Shown piece after piece: positions 11,742-26,221 of a stretch of 36,418 nt of DNA (within the stretch, counting starts at the first letter, position 1; the number at the start of each line of letters is the position of its first letter). The notes beneath the pieces were generated by a model. The model saw only the letters and a program-made list of their open reading frames with translations, ran no database searches and was not told where the DNA came from. The translations under genes were made by a program, and so were the position numbers. This stretch comes from Seison nebaliae (Eukaryota), in NCBI GenBank assembly GCA_023231475.1, contig JALJEE010002694.1, forward strand, positions 1-36,418. The letters are read 5' to 3'.

Positions 11742-11785
11742 GGAGAGGAGGAGGAGAGGTGGAGGAGGAGGAGGAAGAGGAGGAG
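11742..11785. repeat. (GAG)n imperfect microsatellite
   Basis: ggagaggaggaggagaggtggaggaggaggaggaagaggaggag. Confidence 0.85.
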
Positions 11786-11890
11786 ATAGTCTGATGATTT
11801 TATCGATGTAGAAATTAATGGAGGAAAGAAGGATAATAATATAATAGAGTAAATGATAATACTTGAAAAATTCATGAGAAGTATAAGAAA

Positions 11891-12487
11891 TTATGGGAGG
11901 GAATTTACATCATTGAGCACTAATTGTGCAAAATACTTGAAATTCTTATTATGAATGAGGAGATGGTGTAACGTTTGATGAATCTCATCAACACTTCTCG
12001 ACGATTTCTCCATCCGTTCATTAATGGCGACAATTATTTCACATAATCCATCATTCTTCGACAATAAACAACGGAGTTGTTTGTTGGAAGATAAACGATC
12101 TAATTGTTCGAAAGAAAGACGATCATCAATATTTATTATGTAATTTCTTCTTCTTCTTCCTTCATTGTCGACGTGTTTCATTCCTTCCTTCTTTCGGACA
12201 TCATTAATATTCATGGTATCTGTTGTTGTGGTGGAGTTGATGGAAGTTCTCTTCATTTTATCATCCATTGTTCCTGATGAGTAATCAATCGATGTCGAAA
12301 TTGAAGAGGTAGACGTCAGTTTTTTTTCACATATCAACTCATGTTCCTTACAACATGACGAGGAACAATAATTTTTATTACAATCTTTACACCGATACAA
12401 TGAACACGGAATCGAACAAATGATACATTTCCGATTTTTGCTCATTCTCTTCCTTTTCATATTCCACCCGAAATTCTTCTTTTCCAT
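11891..12487 (-). CDS. ZNHIT3: Zinc finger HIT domain protein 3 (TRIP3/Hit1), intronless; true start may be the Met at 12445
   Basis: zf-HIT CIICSIPCSLYRCKDCNKNYCSSSCCKEHELIC plus a C-terminal domain DDRLSFEQLDRLSSNKQLRCLL...FKYFAQLVL typical of ZNHIT3. Confidence 0.88.
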   Translation of the reverse strand: MEKKNFGWNMKRKRMSKNRKCIICSIPCSLYRCKDCNKNYCSSSCCKEHELICEKKLTSTSSISTSIDYSSGTMDDKMKRTSINSTTTTDTMNINDVRKKEGMKHVDNEGRRRRNYIINIDDRLSFEQLDRLSSNKQLRCLLSKNDGLCEIIVAINERMEKSSRSVDEIHQTLHHLLIHNKNFKYFAQLVLNDVNSLP

Positions 12488-12680
12488 CTCTTAATCCTTT
12501 TTCGACACTTCGATTAATTGAAGATAATTGAAATTTATTATGTTAATGGACATCGACGATTAGGTAGAGGCGACTAATTGTTTGATATTCTGAAGGAAGA
12601 TAAACCCACAGAAGAATGTCATGAAATGTTAATGAGTGTGAGAAATTAAGATCGAGAAAAGGATAAATTGATGATAAAAT

Positions 12681-12716
<36 letters not shown>
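12681..12716. repeat. (GA)n microsatellite
   Basis: ~18 GA units with one interruption. Confidence 0.95.
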
Positions 12717-15700
12717 TAATAATGACATTGTTCCATTGTTTCTCTTGTTCTTCTTCCTATTTCAATTCCTCTCTTCTTCCTGTCCGATTGTGCACGAAAC
12801 AAACTAACAACTAAAGTATTGGTGGTAGTAGTACACCAATATACTGTTCTTCTAATACTTAATTGAAATGCGAGCTGTTAATTAAATACGACGCTATTGT
12901 TCGTTGGAAAATTGAAAATATTTTCCCACACACACACAGACAAATTAGATAAATGATTTTTGTATACATATCTTCCGTTTTTCAACTATTTCGTATAAAG
13001 AACAATTTATATTTGTTTCTTTTTTCATTCATTCCCTTTCATTCTTTTGTCTTTTCTTTCTCAATGGAAGATATAATTATTGCATGATTTCTTCAAAGAA
13101 TCTTTCTCTTACATATCATCATTTATTAGGATTGCTTTCTTCATGTAATCTTCAGTCGGTCAACTTTTATGTCATCCTTATCCTCACAACAAAAAAACAC
13201 ATTCCTCCCCAACCAACTCACATTACATATTCTCTCAGACAATGTACATTATCTTCTCTGATTCTCTCTATTAATCTCATTTCACATCACTCGATGTAGA
13301 CCGGCAAATTGCAAAAAGAAATTGCAAAGTGAAACCATCAAAAATGTCATTTGACGGAAATTGAGGAATTAATTTAAAAAGTTTTTCTCACGAACGTTAA
13401 ACTTAAAATTGAAATTTTTTAATTATTAAAATTTATTTTTTTAATTCGTTCACTCGTCGAATGTGTTTATGTTAAAGTTTAGCTCTATGTGAAATGTGAA
13501 GACGTCTCGAGATATAAAATCTCTTCCGTTTCCGCTTCGTACACTACGGGCAATTTCGTGCAGGAACCGTTGCTCTCTTAAGAGAATGTTTATTTAATTT
13601 GAATAAATTTATTTCTGGACAATGTTTAATCGACTTTCCAAAATTGGATTATCTCACAAATCTGGAGATATTGTGGAGAAATAATGGGAAAACTTTAACG
13701 AAGGAGAAAATCCAATCATTGTTTGAAAAGGAAATCTATAATTTTCTTTCATCAAAGTAAATATGTAATTAAAAGTATTTGGAAGAGATTGGACTTCTTC
13801 CAGAAAGTTTCTTGTTTATATTCTGTCGGAATGTTGAAAGGGGATGATGGACTCATTTTCTGTTAACAATACCTTCTTAATTCGTTTATCTTCCAATATT
13901 GGGAACATTCCTAATTATCTCTTAGGTCGTCTTGTTAGAGGTACGTTAGAATGCCTCCACCAATGTCATCGAATGTAGAACAATCAGTGAAATAATTCAT
14001 TAATTAATTTAACATTACATAATAATCATATTATGATTAAATTTACCGTTTCTCTCATCCGTTCAACATTTTCTTTTTTGTCAAATGTTGTATTGAACAT
14101 GAGGAGGTTGGTGAAAGGAAAAGAAACAGATGTGGATCCAATCATCATCATTCCAATGATAATAAGTGAACGAATGTAATGTATGTAAATTATGAGTGTG
14201 AAGTATTGGAGGGGGGAGAACATCTTCATCCATCATCTAAATGGAATACATCACATTTGTTTTATGTGTTGTTGTGAAAAAAGGATTTCTTCATGTTTCA
14301 TTCATAGTTTATTCTGACGACTGTTTTCATCATGATAATTATGGGAACATCTTCCGACAAAGGAGAATTGATGGTCCCTATAAATAAAATTCTTTCATTC
14401 AATCCCAACAACAATTCGACCTTCCAACTCAATTCTATTTTTGCCACCTATTTGGCGATGGAAGGGAATTATGTAAGTAAATTGATTTATCAATCTACCT
14501 CCACATTTGGATCTCTCGTCCTTCCTCCAATCCCATAATTAGTGAGACGTCAATCCTTCAAACTCTAATGATAGTAATCGTATTACAATCACATATTTAC
14601 CGTTAACAATCTGTTGGTTGAGGAATTATGAGATAAAAAAAGGAATGCTTCAAATTATTAGTAGGAAAAATACTTTCGGAAAAAAGAAATATTTCCATTC
14701 TTATTTATATACTACTTTAACTTTCACTTATCTCAATCATTCTTGTTTCTTAAAAATTTTCGATGGTCAATCGAATTTAATAAAAATCATCTCCTCCTCT
14801 CAGTATAGTGCTCCCGTTCTGTTTAAATAATAATCCTTCTTCTTGTATAATCCTTCTTCTTGTATAATACTTTTGAGTATTGTTCAATAGTAATTGAGTG
14901 GCCACCAATACGGGGACAATTTGACGAAGTGACGGATACGCACAATATCTAAATATAATTTTTCTCCCTTGTTTACCTTACCACTCATCCATTCACGTAT
15001 TATCTGAATAATTTTAATTCTTCCGTTTTCTCTCTTTTAACGAAGATAATCTCGGTTCGATAGTTCAATTCGCGTAAAGAATGATAAACAAAATGAATGA
15101 ACGATTTTATTTGTTTTTCTAACAGGAAAATGAAAGTTTAGACAAAAATTAAATCATTTTCTTTCAAATTAATTTTTTCCGTGCATTCTTTGTGCACATT
15201 TCTCTCATCTAGACTCTCATTAATTTTGAGAATGTCTAATGACACTTTCTCATTCTAAAGTTATTTTCAATTAGTTGTCGAAATGCTTAATAATAATTGA
15301 GAAGTTCAAGAAGACATGTATATTATCAATGGAAGTTATGTCGATAAGAAGGGTAGTTTTTGTTCTTCCTTTTTTTTTTGTTTGTTGAAACATGAATTAG
15401 CAATCGAGAATGATTCTGATGATACCTGTCACAACTGCTCAATACTGTCATTTGAAAGTTGATGAATATTTCCATTATGAAAATTTCATAATGAAATTTC
15501 AGATGTCGAAAAAATATGTGTAATAAACATTCATCACACTTTTCCACCTTAACCTCAACTCTTTCCATTATTTTCTTCGACATTTATCGTTGTAAAGGTG
15601 ACGATAGAATTAGCAACGATCTATTAAGAAACCATCATTCTTTTCCATGCAATTAATGGAGATGATGGATCAATAAACACATAAAATATTTTATTGATCC

Positions 15701-15989
15701 CATTGAATAAATTAATTGGTTTGGGAAGGAGAAATTCTTAATTTGTTTTCACGAATTTCTTGATCAATTTACGCAAAGTAGTTCTTCTGTTAGGAGCATC
15801 CAATTAAATTATTCAATAAACATTCGCTCATTGTTCCATATGATGATTCTCTCTAATTAATCAATTAATTAATTCTCATATTTATATCTATATACGTTTC
15901 CATTTGTCAGATATTCATTTCATTTTCATAAATTTCCTCAAAAAAATCTCTATTTGAACACAACTATTACTGAATGATTGGAATCGATC

Positions 15990-18900
15990 ATGGATACTGA
16001 AAGTGATTTTGAGGATCCGCTTTCCGATAAATTGTTACATGCGGCCGAACATGCTGATTACGATTCAGTTCAAAAATTGATCAAGAGTGGAGCGGCATTC
16101 AAACGAGATAAAGTTGGAGGAATTTTTTTTGAATTCAATTAATCAATTTCTTTCATCAACAGCTTGGACGAACGGCATTACATCATTGTGCTACAAATGC
16201 GAAAGGTTCGAAGATCGCCGAATTGTTACTCCGATCGAGATGTCCTGCAAATTTATTAGATGAAGTTACTATTGTTTTCAAGTTGAAGAAAGTTCTATGG
16301 AGAACTTTGTCAAATCCAATTAAAAACTATATATATTTATTGAGGAGAAATATGAAATGATATGTTGCGATATTGTTTCCGTTTTATGATGATGTTATGA
16401 GTCTAATGTAAGAAATGATTGAATGTGATGAATTGTAAGAAGTAGAGCACGAGAAAATTTGGAGATTATAATTAAAAAAAACTTTCTAAGTACATAATGA
16501 TTCCAATGTGTCAAGCACGAGAAAGGGAGAAGTGAAATGAAATTCTTATTTAATTCAAGGAGAAAATCCGAAAACTTAAGTGGATATTCTTATCTACTTG
16601 TCAAATTAGAAAGTAAGTGGTTTTTTTTTTGCTTCTTCAATATCAAAAGAATTTTTGATGAAGATTCATTGAGGAAGATGTTGGCGAATGTCAAAATTTA
16701 CTTAAGAAAGTATGTTGGAGAGGACAGATTATTTTCATGCTACAATTCCATGAACGAAAGAAATATTCGGATTATTTTCAAATTTTTCTGATTAGAAAGA
16801 AAAATTAGTCGACGACAAATCAAAAAATGAATTGGATAATGAAAATAGAAAATTAAATAATTTTAATGATGAAATGAATATGATGTGAATGAAATATTAT
16901 TAATAACAAATCTGATAGAAATATTAATAATTATGATAATTTGGAGAATGGCCATTATGAGACGTGCATTGTTGATGCATTTTCTTATGAAATTATTTAA
17001 GAGTTATTAAAATGTATTTTTGGTGTATGGAAATCGTTTGTGTTCATCTGGAAGTTATTAAAATATTTTCACTCTCCATCGATAATGATGATGAAGATAA
17101 GGAACGTTTGATATTTCCCATTAATCTTACGAATATATGTGAAATTTCTGTTGAATGATGACGAGATGTAAATGATAATTTGGAAATGGAGAATTTTTTC
17201 TTCTTTCAAATATTATTGTTTATGAATGGAGAACATTAAATGGAGAATTCCTCTTTGGATTGACGAATATTTGATACATGACGTTGACAGGTAAGTTGAT
17301 GAATAATGTGGACATAGGAGGGAGTAATCGTTTAGTACAACTGATAACGGGACTTCATTCGACACATTCCACTCTCATGATTAGGAGTTGGGATCATTCA
17401 TTTTGGGCCCAATAATATGGGACGAATGATATTGGGAATGCACACACGAATAACTAGTCATCAATAGGAAGTGAATTCGTTTTAATTGAAATAATAATTA
17501 AAAAATTTTTATCTAATGAACAAATATGTATTTTAGTGATCTATCGAAATTTTCATTTTGTGTGTGAGGAAGGAATTATATGTTGCCCTCCATCCATACA
17601 TATATATATATATTGTGCACATAAACAATTTAGTGCATGTTTATATGTCGATTAAATAAGAAAATTGTTTATTTGGATGTGAAATGGATAGAGCGACCAC
17701 CAGGTAAAAAATAGTAGAGGTATCAGTTAGAATGATCGGTGCAAACTAATCATTAGAGGTAATTCCGTTATCGTTAAGGAGATAGAATTGGGAGATAGAT
17801 TTATTATAATAATCTGAAAGTGTAAAATGATTCAATGACACCTTAACGTATCGATTTAATGGATGGTCCAATGCACTGAAGTAAACGGAGAATGAAATGG
17901 TTTCTTCTTTCTCCATTTGTTATTCTCCTTCAACAAATACAAAAATGGAATTTAAGAATAAATCTATTTAGCGTTATCACGTTCTCCTACGTATATGTGG
18001 ATGAATTGAGTGGATGTCATTATTCATTTTCGATCAACTATCTTCCACGATTAGGGAGAGCCGAAAGATAATTAATAAATGTTTTCTTTTCTTTATGAAA
18101 TGATTAATAAATCTTCTTCTTTAGTTGATCCATTTAGACGAATTTTGTACTTACTAAATTCTTCTTATGCAATTCCCATTCCTTCATAATGTTCCTCTGC
18201 ATTTCCCTTCTCCTTCCATCGTCTTTTCGCCCATCCTTCCCAATCGACAATTAACATTCTTCTACGAGTAGAATCTACTCCTTCACGTCGCTAGGAGAGA
18301 AGAAAAGACAATTTCTCACTGCTTTGTTATGATGTCATTGCGAGTGTTGATTGATGTGTATTTATCATCAAATGGTTTGTGAATGAATGAGTTGAACGGA
18401 TGGATGGATGAATGGATGGATCAACTAGAATAGTTCACTTGAATATCTAAATGATCAATAGGAAATCGAATAGAAACGAACCAATTTTCTCAAACTTCGT
18501 TATCACTTCTATTGTCCATCCAAATAAATGAATTGGATTCTTCATCGGATTGGAAACGATGGAAATGTTTGTCTTCTTTTCTATTAAATGTTGACTTTCC
18601 CCTCTCATAAGATGGACGTTTCTTTTTTTTTTTCAGAAAAACGATCGAATAATTTTCATCATTTCATCTTCTTTTCTCCTATCATTCATTCCATCATCAT
18701 TATCGTCATGATTGATGACGGAAGATGATGAAATTTCAAGACGAATCGAATCAGAAAATGATTCTTTCAATTATCTTTATTTGTCTGTTAACAGTGTGAA
18801 ATTGATCGATCAATTGGAGTTCGTTCACAGTAGCATGATCTGTCATTACTTGAATAATTCTATTTATTTTTTTTTATTTACAACTATTTTGTCTTCCTTT

Positions 18901-21900
18901 CTAACCCATCGCGACATGGAACTATCCAGCCATCCATTCCATTACTACAAACAAAATGTCTTTGTCTTACGTAATATTTTTTGATAGTTCTATAATTTGT
19001 ATGTGCTGGAAAGTTGATCAATTCCTCCTCAATCCAGTTATTGCTCCATTGAACTATATGTACAATTCTCACCAACAAATCTCTCGAAGTTAAAATGTAG
19101 AGTCTTTTAAAATTATAAGAGAAATTTTCTGTATATCTTTCCAGCATAATCTGATTATTAGTTTTTTTCATGAAGCTTATTCAGCGAAGAAACGACTGTT
19201 ATGATTATTGATTAATTGTGTTTATTTTCTCAATAATTATAACCGCTGTCGTTCTTATACATATATGTGGACCATTCTATGTCGAATGTGTGTATGTTTG
19301 TGTGTTTATGTGTATTTTTCTGTGCTTATGTGTATTTGTGTGTGTTTTTGTGTAGGTACATCGTTTTTTCATAAAACAACAGATAACTTCAGGTTCGAGG
19401 GAGAATAAGTAAACGGTTTGAGGGTGGAATCAATTCCCCCTACGAACGTCATCATTTCATTCTTTTCCTGAAGTCATTTTTTTTTGTTTAGAACGATATT
19501 TATTCATCCATCATTCATTCATGTCGAACATGTATCATTGTGAATATAGTCGTTTTATCCGATTGAATCGAATCGAACCGACTTCTTCCTTCTTTCCCCA
19601 AATTGTTAATATGAATTAAACGATTCCTTCCCCATAACCAACTGAACTCCCCACTTATAGTATAAGTTTACGAATATCATTATTCAATTAGTCACTTCTA
19701 CTGTTCACATTCTCCACAAATTGCCAGTTTTGATTGTTTCGGAAACATTTCGATTTTTATTGTTTTCAGTCACCAAACTTTCTTCCTCAAACATTACTTC
19801 ACATTCAAACTCTTCGTACTAGAATGAAGACCTTCTGGTATCATCTCTTTCATTTCTCTATTTTACACAACCATGTCACTATCTGTAGTGAAAATTTCCA
19901 TCAAAAAATTTTTATTGAAAACTCTCTAGAAAAGAATTTCTTCCTTTAATAGAATTGAATAATTAGATAAAAATTATATCGATGAACATAAACATTTGAA
20001 GATTCGGGATAATAAAGAAATATTTCTTAAAATGATTGAGGTACTGAACAATTTTTGAAAACTCTCTTATCATTCTTCTACAATCTCAATCTTTTCATTT
20101 AATTTTTTCATTATTTTCTCTCTTTTCTAGAATGGTTTGGGCGCCATCCATTATGCTGTACATTCTGGCCATTACGATGTGGTTCAAGCGTTAGCCGATG
20201 GTGGAGTCAATGTACAATTACCTGATAAAGTTACCGATAATTTTTTATAATTTCCTTTATAAACATTTCTTTAATTGTGCAGGCTGGAAATACACCGTTA
20301 CATGCAGCTGCATGGAATGGATATTCGAAAAGTGTGAAAATATTGTTGGAACATAATTGTAATCCGAATATTCAAAATAAAGTTGGAAATTTTTCAAATT
20401 ATTTTTCATAGAATTTCTTTCGATTTATCTAGGACGGATTTACTGCGCTTCATATGGCGAGTCAACGAGGGCATAATGAATGCACGAGATTATTGCTATT
20501 GGCCGGATGTGATCCTGAGTTGCGGAATATGGTTCATTATCATAATTAATTTTCTCATTATTTCACGTCTTAATTTGAATAGTTTGGAGATACAGCTCTA
20601 CATACAACAGCGAGATATCGACATGCTGGTGTAACGAAGATATTGTTGAGTGCTCATTGCAATCCCAATGCAACCAATCAAGTTATATTCTTTTCCTTCA
20701 CTTTTCCTCCATTATCATTATGTTGTTATAACATCTTCTCGTTTTCTTCGTTAATTGAGGAAAGAATTTCCTTCATTCTTCCAACTAATGTTGTCTAATA
20801 TCTATGTGTAATTAAATTAAATTTATTAGAATAATGACACTTCGCTCCATATTTGCGCGGCATTGCGACATCGGAAAATTGCAAGATTGTTATTGGAACG
20901 TCCGAATTTGAATCTACAATTACGGAATAATGTTAGTCATTGTATATAATTGGACAAAAGGAATAATTAAATTTCCACCCTACAGCAAAATGAGACAGCT
21001 CTAGATACTGCGAAGAGGAAGGAGCATTGGGAGATTGGTGAATGGATTAACGAATATTCTTCAAATAGACAAATGTCGTCCGTGCAATTACCTACGATCC
21101 AATTACAATCAACCGAGTATCAACGACTCATCAATCAGAAGTTGAAAGAGAGTAAATCAAATCGAATCAAATCGAATGAATGTCCTCCCACCATCACACG
21201 ACAAACGAATAATTCGAGACAAGAAAATAAAATGAAGACAAATCGATGCATTTCTAGTAATACACAAACTCATCGACCAACTACCAAACGAACACCATCA
21301 TTAGGTGGAGCGAAATATTTACGTGATGATATTGATGGAACTCCTAAATTGTTGACGGATAAACGAAATGAGAATGAGAAAGAAAACGAATCAAATTATA
21401 CAAATACTTTAGATAGAAAACGATCAGAGATTGAACAACCTTTCACTAATAACAATCATCATCATTTACACCAAAAACAACAAGAACAACAACAACAACA
21501 ACAACAACAACAATTACCACCGAATGCGGGATCTGTAAATAATATTAATTATGGACGATATGATGAACGAAAGTTGTCGAATGGACAAACAAATTCCACA
21601 AGAACTTATTCGACAAATATGAAAGTTGATGGATTAGTCTCATCCGTCACCAGTTCGTTAATGCCAAACAAGAATACAACAAACAACTTTTCAACTGATA
21701 CTCTTCAGAGTAGTTGTACTAATAATCAAAATAATTTAAATAATAAATTGATTAGAAACAATATCATAACCACTACAACCACCGCCAACAATAACAATAA
21801 CAATAATAATAATAACAATATGAAATGTTATTTGAATAATTTGCCCTCATTACCATCAGGCTCTTCGGCTGCAGTTATTTTAGCGAAAGATTTAACTGAA

Positions 21901-23472
21901 ACGAAAAAAGATGTTCAACGATTGGAACATGTTATTGATGATTATCGAGCGGATACGTTGGATAAATTCCGACGAACGGCTCATGTTTTCGACGAACGAT
22001 TAGATATAGTTGAGAGGAGGAATGCTGCTGCTTGGACATCTCTCGAGAAATATGTTGATGAGAATTTAACATTATATTCTCGAAAACAGAATACGGAAAT
22101 GGATCGTTTGAGACAAGAGCAATTAGAGTTGAAGGCGAATGTGAGTGCCGAATTGAATGCATTGAAACAAGAATTACGAAGTCGACAAACAAGTTTAATT
22201 CGAACAGATGTTGTCAATCTCCATCAGAATGTGAATGATGAGAATAATGAGAATAATGTCGAATCTTCCACCACCACCATCACAAACAATACGAATAAGA
22301 GACAACAACAACAACAGTCATCGAATGAAGAGAAATTACAGACTCATTCGAAAGTCAATAATCTTCCACCGAAAACTCCTCCAAACATTCTTTTGAATGT
22401 GACGACACAATCGGGAATACTCAATCAAACCGCCACAACTGCTAACGTATCAACGAACAGTCAAGATAATGATGATAATAGTACAGAAAGTGGATATAGT
22501 ACAGTCGATGGTCGATTCAGAAATTCGATGATGCAAATCACATCTGGTAATACATCATATAACTCATCAGCACTCATTGACAAACAATCCATCGAAAATC
22601 TTCGTTCACATATTCCTCATTCACAAGCAACAACAACAACAACAACAGCTGTAACGTCGTCATTAGGGAATTCGAATCAAATTCAATTATTACAACAAAA
22701 TGCCATAGCACAAGATGCATCAAAACCAAAATCTAGTTATATAACCCGGTTCAATAAATTTCTGAGTGGCAAATCATCACAACATAATCATCGAGTCAAT
22801 CAAGTTAATGGTAACAATCATCAAGAGAAAGTAGAGAAACGTCGACCATCACTTCCGTTTATTCAAAAGTTTACGAAACGTGATTCAGAGCCAAAAATTA
22901 ATGTGAACAATCAGCGCACTCATGAAATCGAAGATCCGGTTTCATACGATACCGTTCATGATGAAAATGATAATGAAATTCTTTATGCAAATACACAGAA
23001 GAAACGAGACTATTTTGAGACGGCTTGTTTCAAAGCGAATGACAAAGATTCCCAACCAATCTGTGAAATTCCGTTGATTCATAAGGAATCGATTGCGACG
23101 AATGTCCATGACATTCTACCCACACAAAGACGTCAAGAGAATGATATTAATCGTTTAGAATTCTACAAGAATTATTTGACTAGTCAAAAGAACTCATCAC
23201 GACGATTCAATTCTAACGATGTCATTTCCGTACCATCATCGGCGGAATCGAACAAACAATCTCGTCTACCATCAACGACGGAAATTGTGGAAACGTCGTT
23301 AGGTGTCGTCGCGCATCCTAAAAATAATGTGGGAAGTTTTCGATCTAAATCTAGTGATCGTTCATCTCCAATCAACAAATCGCCACTCAATTCATCACAG
23401 AGACAATTCAGTGACAATGTTCATGAAAAACGTTTTCGATCACAAATTAACGACGTACCAATAGAAGTTTGA
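15990..23472 (+). CDS. ANKRD6: Ankyrin repeat domain protein 6 / Diversin / Diego-like planar cell polarity protein (~1069 aa, 8 exons)
   Basis: Exons 15990-16112, 16163-16264, 20131-20229, 20283-20381, 20433-20531, 20583-20681, 20830-20931, 20986-23472; all phase 0, one ankyrin repeat per exon. Motifs LSDKLLHAA, GNTPLHAAAWNGYSKSVKILL, CTRLLLLAG, GDTALHTTARYRH, DTSLHICAALRHRKIARLLL follow ANKRD6 repeat by repeat. The last exon is the 799-aa ORF with a coiled coil and N/Q/T tracts. Confidence 0.9.
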
Positions 23473-24354
23473 GGAGAATTAATAATTATTTCATTTCTCC
23501 CATTATTTTTTCATTTTCTGCTAATGCTCTTTCGTATAATTTCATTTTATCTCTCACATTTTCATCACAGAATATTTCAATTGTAATTTTCTCTTAAAGT
23601 TTATTTTCACCTTCCTTCTTTCTTCAGGAGAATGACATATAAAACAACAACAATTAAATAAAATATTTTAACTACACTCCTCATTCTACTCCATCTTTAA
23701 CATTTTCCGTTCCATCTAAACATGAATTATAATAGTCTCTATTCCAATTCTCATTATATGAAGATTCAACTTCTAATTCGAATTTCTTATCATTTCTACT
23801 ACTTTCATTAAACATTAGACAGTTTACATTTTATTCATAATTCATTTAAACAACTATTGGATTCTACTAACAATCTGTTCAATTCTATTATTCTATTTAT
23901 CCTCAATTTATTCCAAATTTTTATGATGTTCACAAATCGTTTAATCATCTCATTGTTTGAGTGGTAATATTGATAAAAATACTAAAATTTTAAAAGTTTA
24001 ACAAGAAAACCTTAATTTAACTCCGACATATTTGTCATCAAATCGAGCATTACCATTCATGAACTCTAATAAGGGAATTTTATAAATATAATTATTTATA
24101 TTCTTCTTTTGATCATTCCATTTTATGCCAGTCGAAACATGAGTCCAAACATTCAATGAATTTGATAATTTTAAAATTCACTAAAAGATAGAGGCCATAA
24201 AATGATGACATATGTTTGTTAGCACTGAAATTGAATCATATGAATGATATTGATTCTAGCCGTACGCATCTCTTATATCGCACATCACATGTATGGTATC
24301 CTGTTGCTGACGATAAATAGATGAGCCAACGATAAATTATTTTAAAATTCTAAG

Positions 24355-26221
24355 ATGTTGAAGAAGATATTAATTGTTCTCATATTTTCCATTATCTATT
24401 GTGCCAATGCCAAGCCAACTGATAAAAATGACGAGGTTCTTCTAGATCGTCTGTCACAAGCAGCATATCGTCGATTGAATATTTTTAAAGAATTACCTTC
24501 ATTCAAACGACAATTAGGTTAATTTTGCTTAAAATTATTTACCGTATATGTTGGAATAGAACGTGCTAAACAGGTGATATTACACAGACATTCAAGATTG
24601 ACAAAATATGGTTATAACAAATTTCTATGACTTAATATCTTCTTTCTAACGTCAATTATCAGTATGTGGTGTATCAACTATTACGGTAGCATGTATGATG
24701 ACGAGAAAGCAGGAATTGTACAATTACTGGATGCAATTGGCATTGGAGAAGATAGTAAATAATAGTATTTCTTCTTTCGTCTTTTTCATTTTCACATTTT
24801 ATTTAGTGATAACAGAATTGTTAAACCCTAAAAAAGGTCAGTTATCAACGATTAATTCAACGAATCGAATTTTTCTCAATAAAAATGAAATTTTTAGATC
24901 TCATAAGTTGTTATCAACGCTTACATCCGAGCAATACATCGTTAGACGCAAGTTTCATTTATTGTTCAAATGAAAATTAATTGCTTCCAAAAGCTTTATG
25001 TGATGTACAATTCATCAAAGACGTACTTACTGCTACCGGTTTTTAAAAATCGCTACTTATTATAAAACTTTTTTTAAGATGAGAAAATCGTGGCAGAAAA
25101 ACAAAAACTTGATATGATTAAATTATATCGATCATTTACCGTACCCAAAATTCCAAAACCAAAAAAAACTAGAAATGAAGATTTAGCAGTGTTCACCGAT
25201 TGTGTAATTCAGGAACTTGAAGCTTCTTCTATGTGCACCATTCCAAAGTTCATTAATTATTAAATTTACATCAATTTTTTATCCAATCTAAAATTTTATC
25301 CATATAGATCTGAAGGAAATACAATCATCATAGCTGGTCTGTTATGTAAAGCGGATGTGACTGATTGTGAGAAGGAGTTGGTCGAAGCATTACCTAAATT
25401 AAGTAAGCAGTGCGATGGCATGACAGAATGTATTTTCCATCCGGAAAGTTTTGGAATTACCACTGACTTCAATTTGATTTCATCCTGTTTCAAACTTATT
25501 TCATCGTTTTATAACAAACTAATTGGTAGATTCGAGCGAGAAAGTAAGCTTTACAACTAGAAACGATTTCTTTTTGAGCGTTACACCAGTTTCAATTGTT
25601 CTGGACGCATATCATTTCACGATGAAAACTTTCAATTTCTATAGTTTATTCCACTTCCTAAACAGTCTCTTATCTTATCTTATTGAAGTTACACCAAACG
25701 GAGTATTTGATGATTTATGCACTAAGTGTTATGCGCTTAACAAACCCATCAATTTCATCGCAATGCATAGAGCTGACAGATATGGGAAAGAGAAAATAGG
25801 ACAACCATCGTTTAGGATATCATTCGTGACGACCACATTTGGAGGTCTATCTACTCCAAATAAAGTAAGACTTCTGTTGATGTATGGGGCCTCTACTGTA
25901 CACCCAATAGTCATGGTGCCTGACCGTGCAGCAATCACTATCATAACCTTTCAACATTTCTATCAGGTAGACGATCCAACAGAAATGGGAGTTTATGATC
26001 CAGCTACATTATGGCGCATTTCAAGCGGATACGACTTGACCAAATCATTTCTGAAGCAATTAATATTTATTGAAGAAGAATCTGATTATGATCCAAATGT
26101 AAACTTAATTGTCGTTCACGGAAGATCAAATCTAGAATCAGATTCATCTACCAAATACTATGAATATGTTGACCTTTCTTCTACTACCTGTACAGACTGT
26201 ACGACACGTCCAATTGCATGA
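24355..26221 (+). CDS. Secreted cysteine-containing orphan protein (~470-486 aa) with a possible divergent SUEL/gal-lectin-like segment
   Basis: Signal peptide MLKKILIVLIFSIIYCANA-KP. Exons 24355-24517, 24574-24610, 24663-24754, 24807-24836, 24898-24951, 24994-25038, 25079-25247, 25308-25486, 25530-26221 are in phase (possible extra in-frame intron 25644-25688). Motif LSKQCDGMTECIFHPESFG. Confidence 0.7.

Noticed and set aside
12543..15900. Short ORFs and open stretches (e.g. 13450-13900) upstream of ANKRD6
   Set aside because: I could not build a phase-consistent gene on either strand, and some ORFs derive from microsatellites. A missed gene is not excluded.
16537..19949. ORFs inside ANKRD6 intron 2 (e.g. 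18884-19171) as nested genes, and a miR-315-like seed near 19729
   Set aside because: No recognisable motifs. The miRNA similarity is only a short T-rich match with no hairpin I could verify.
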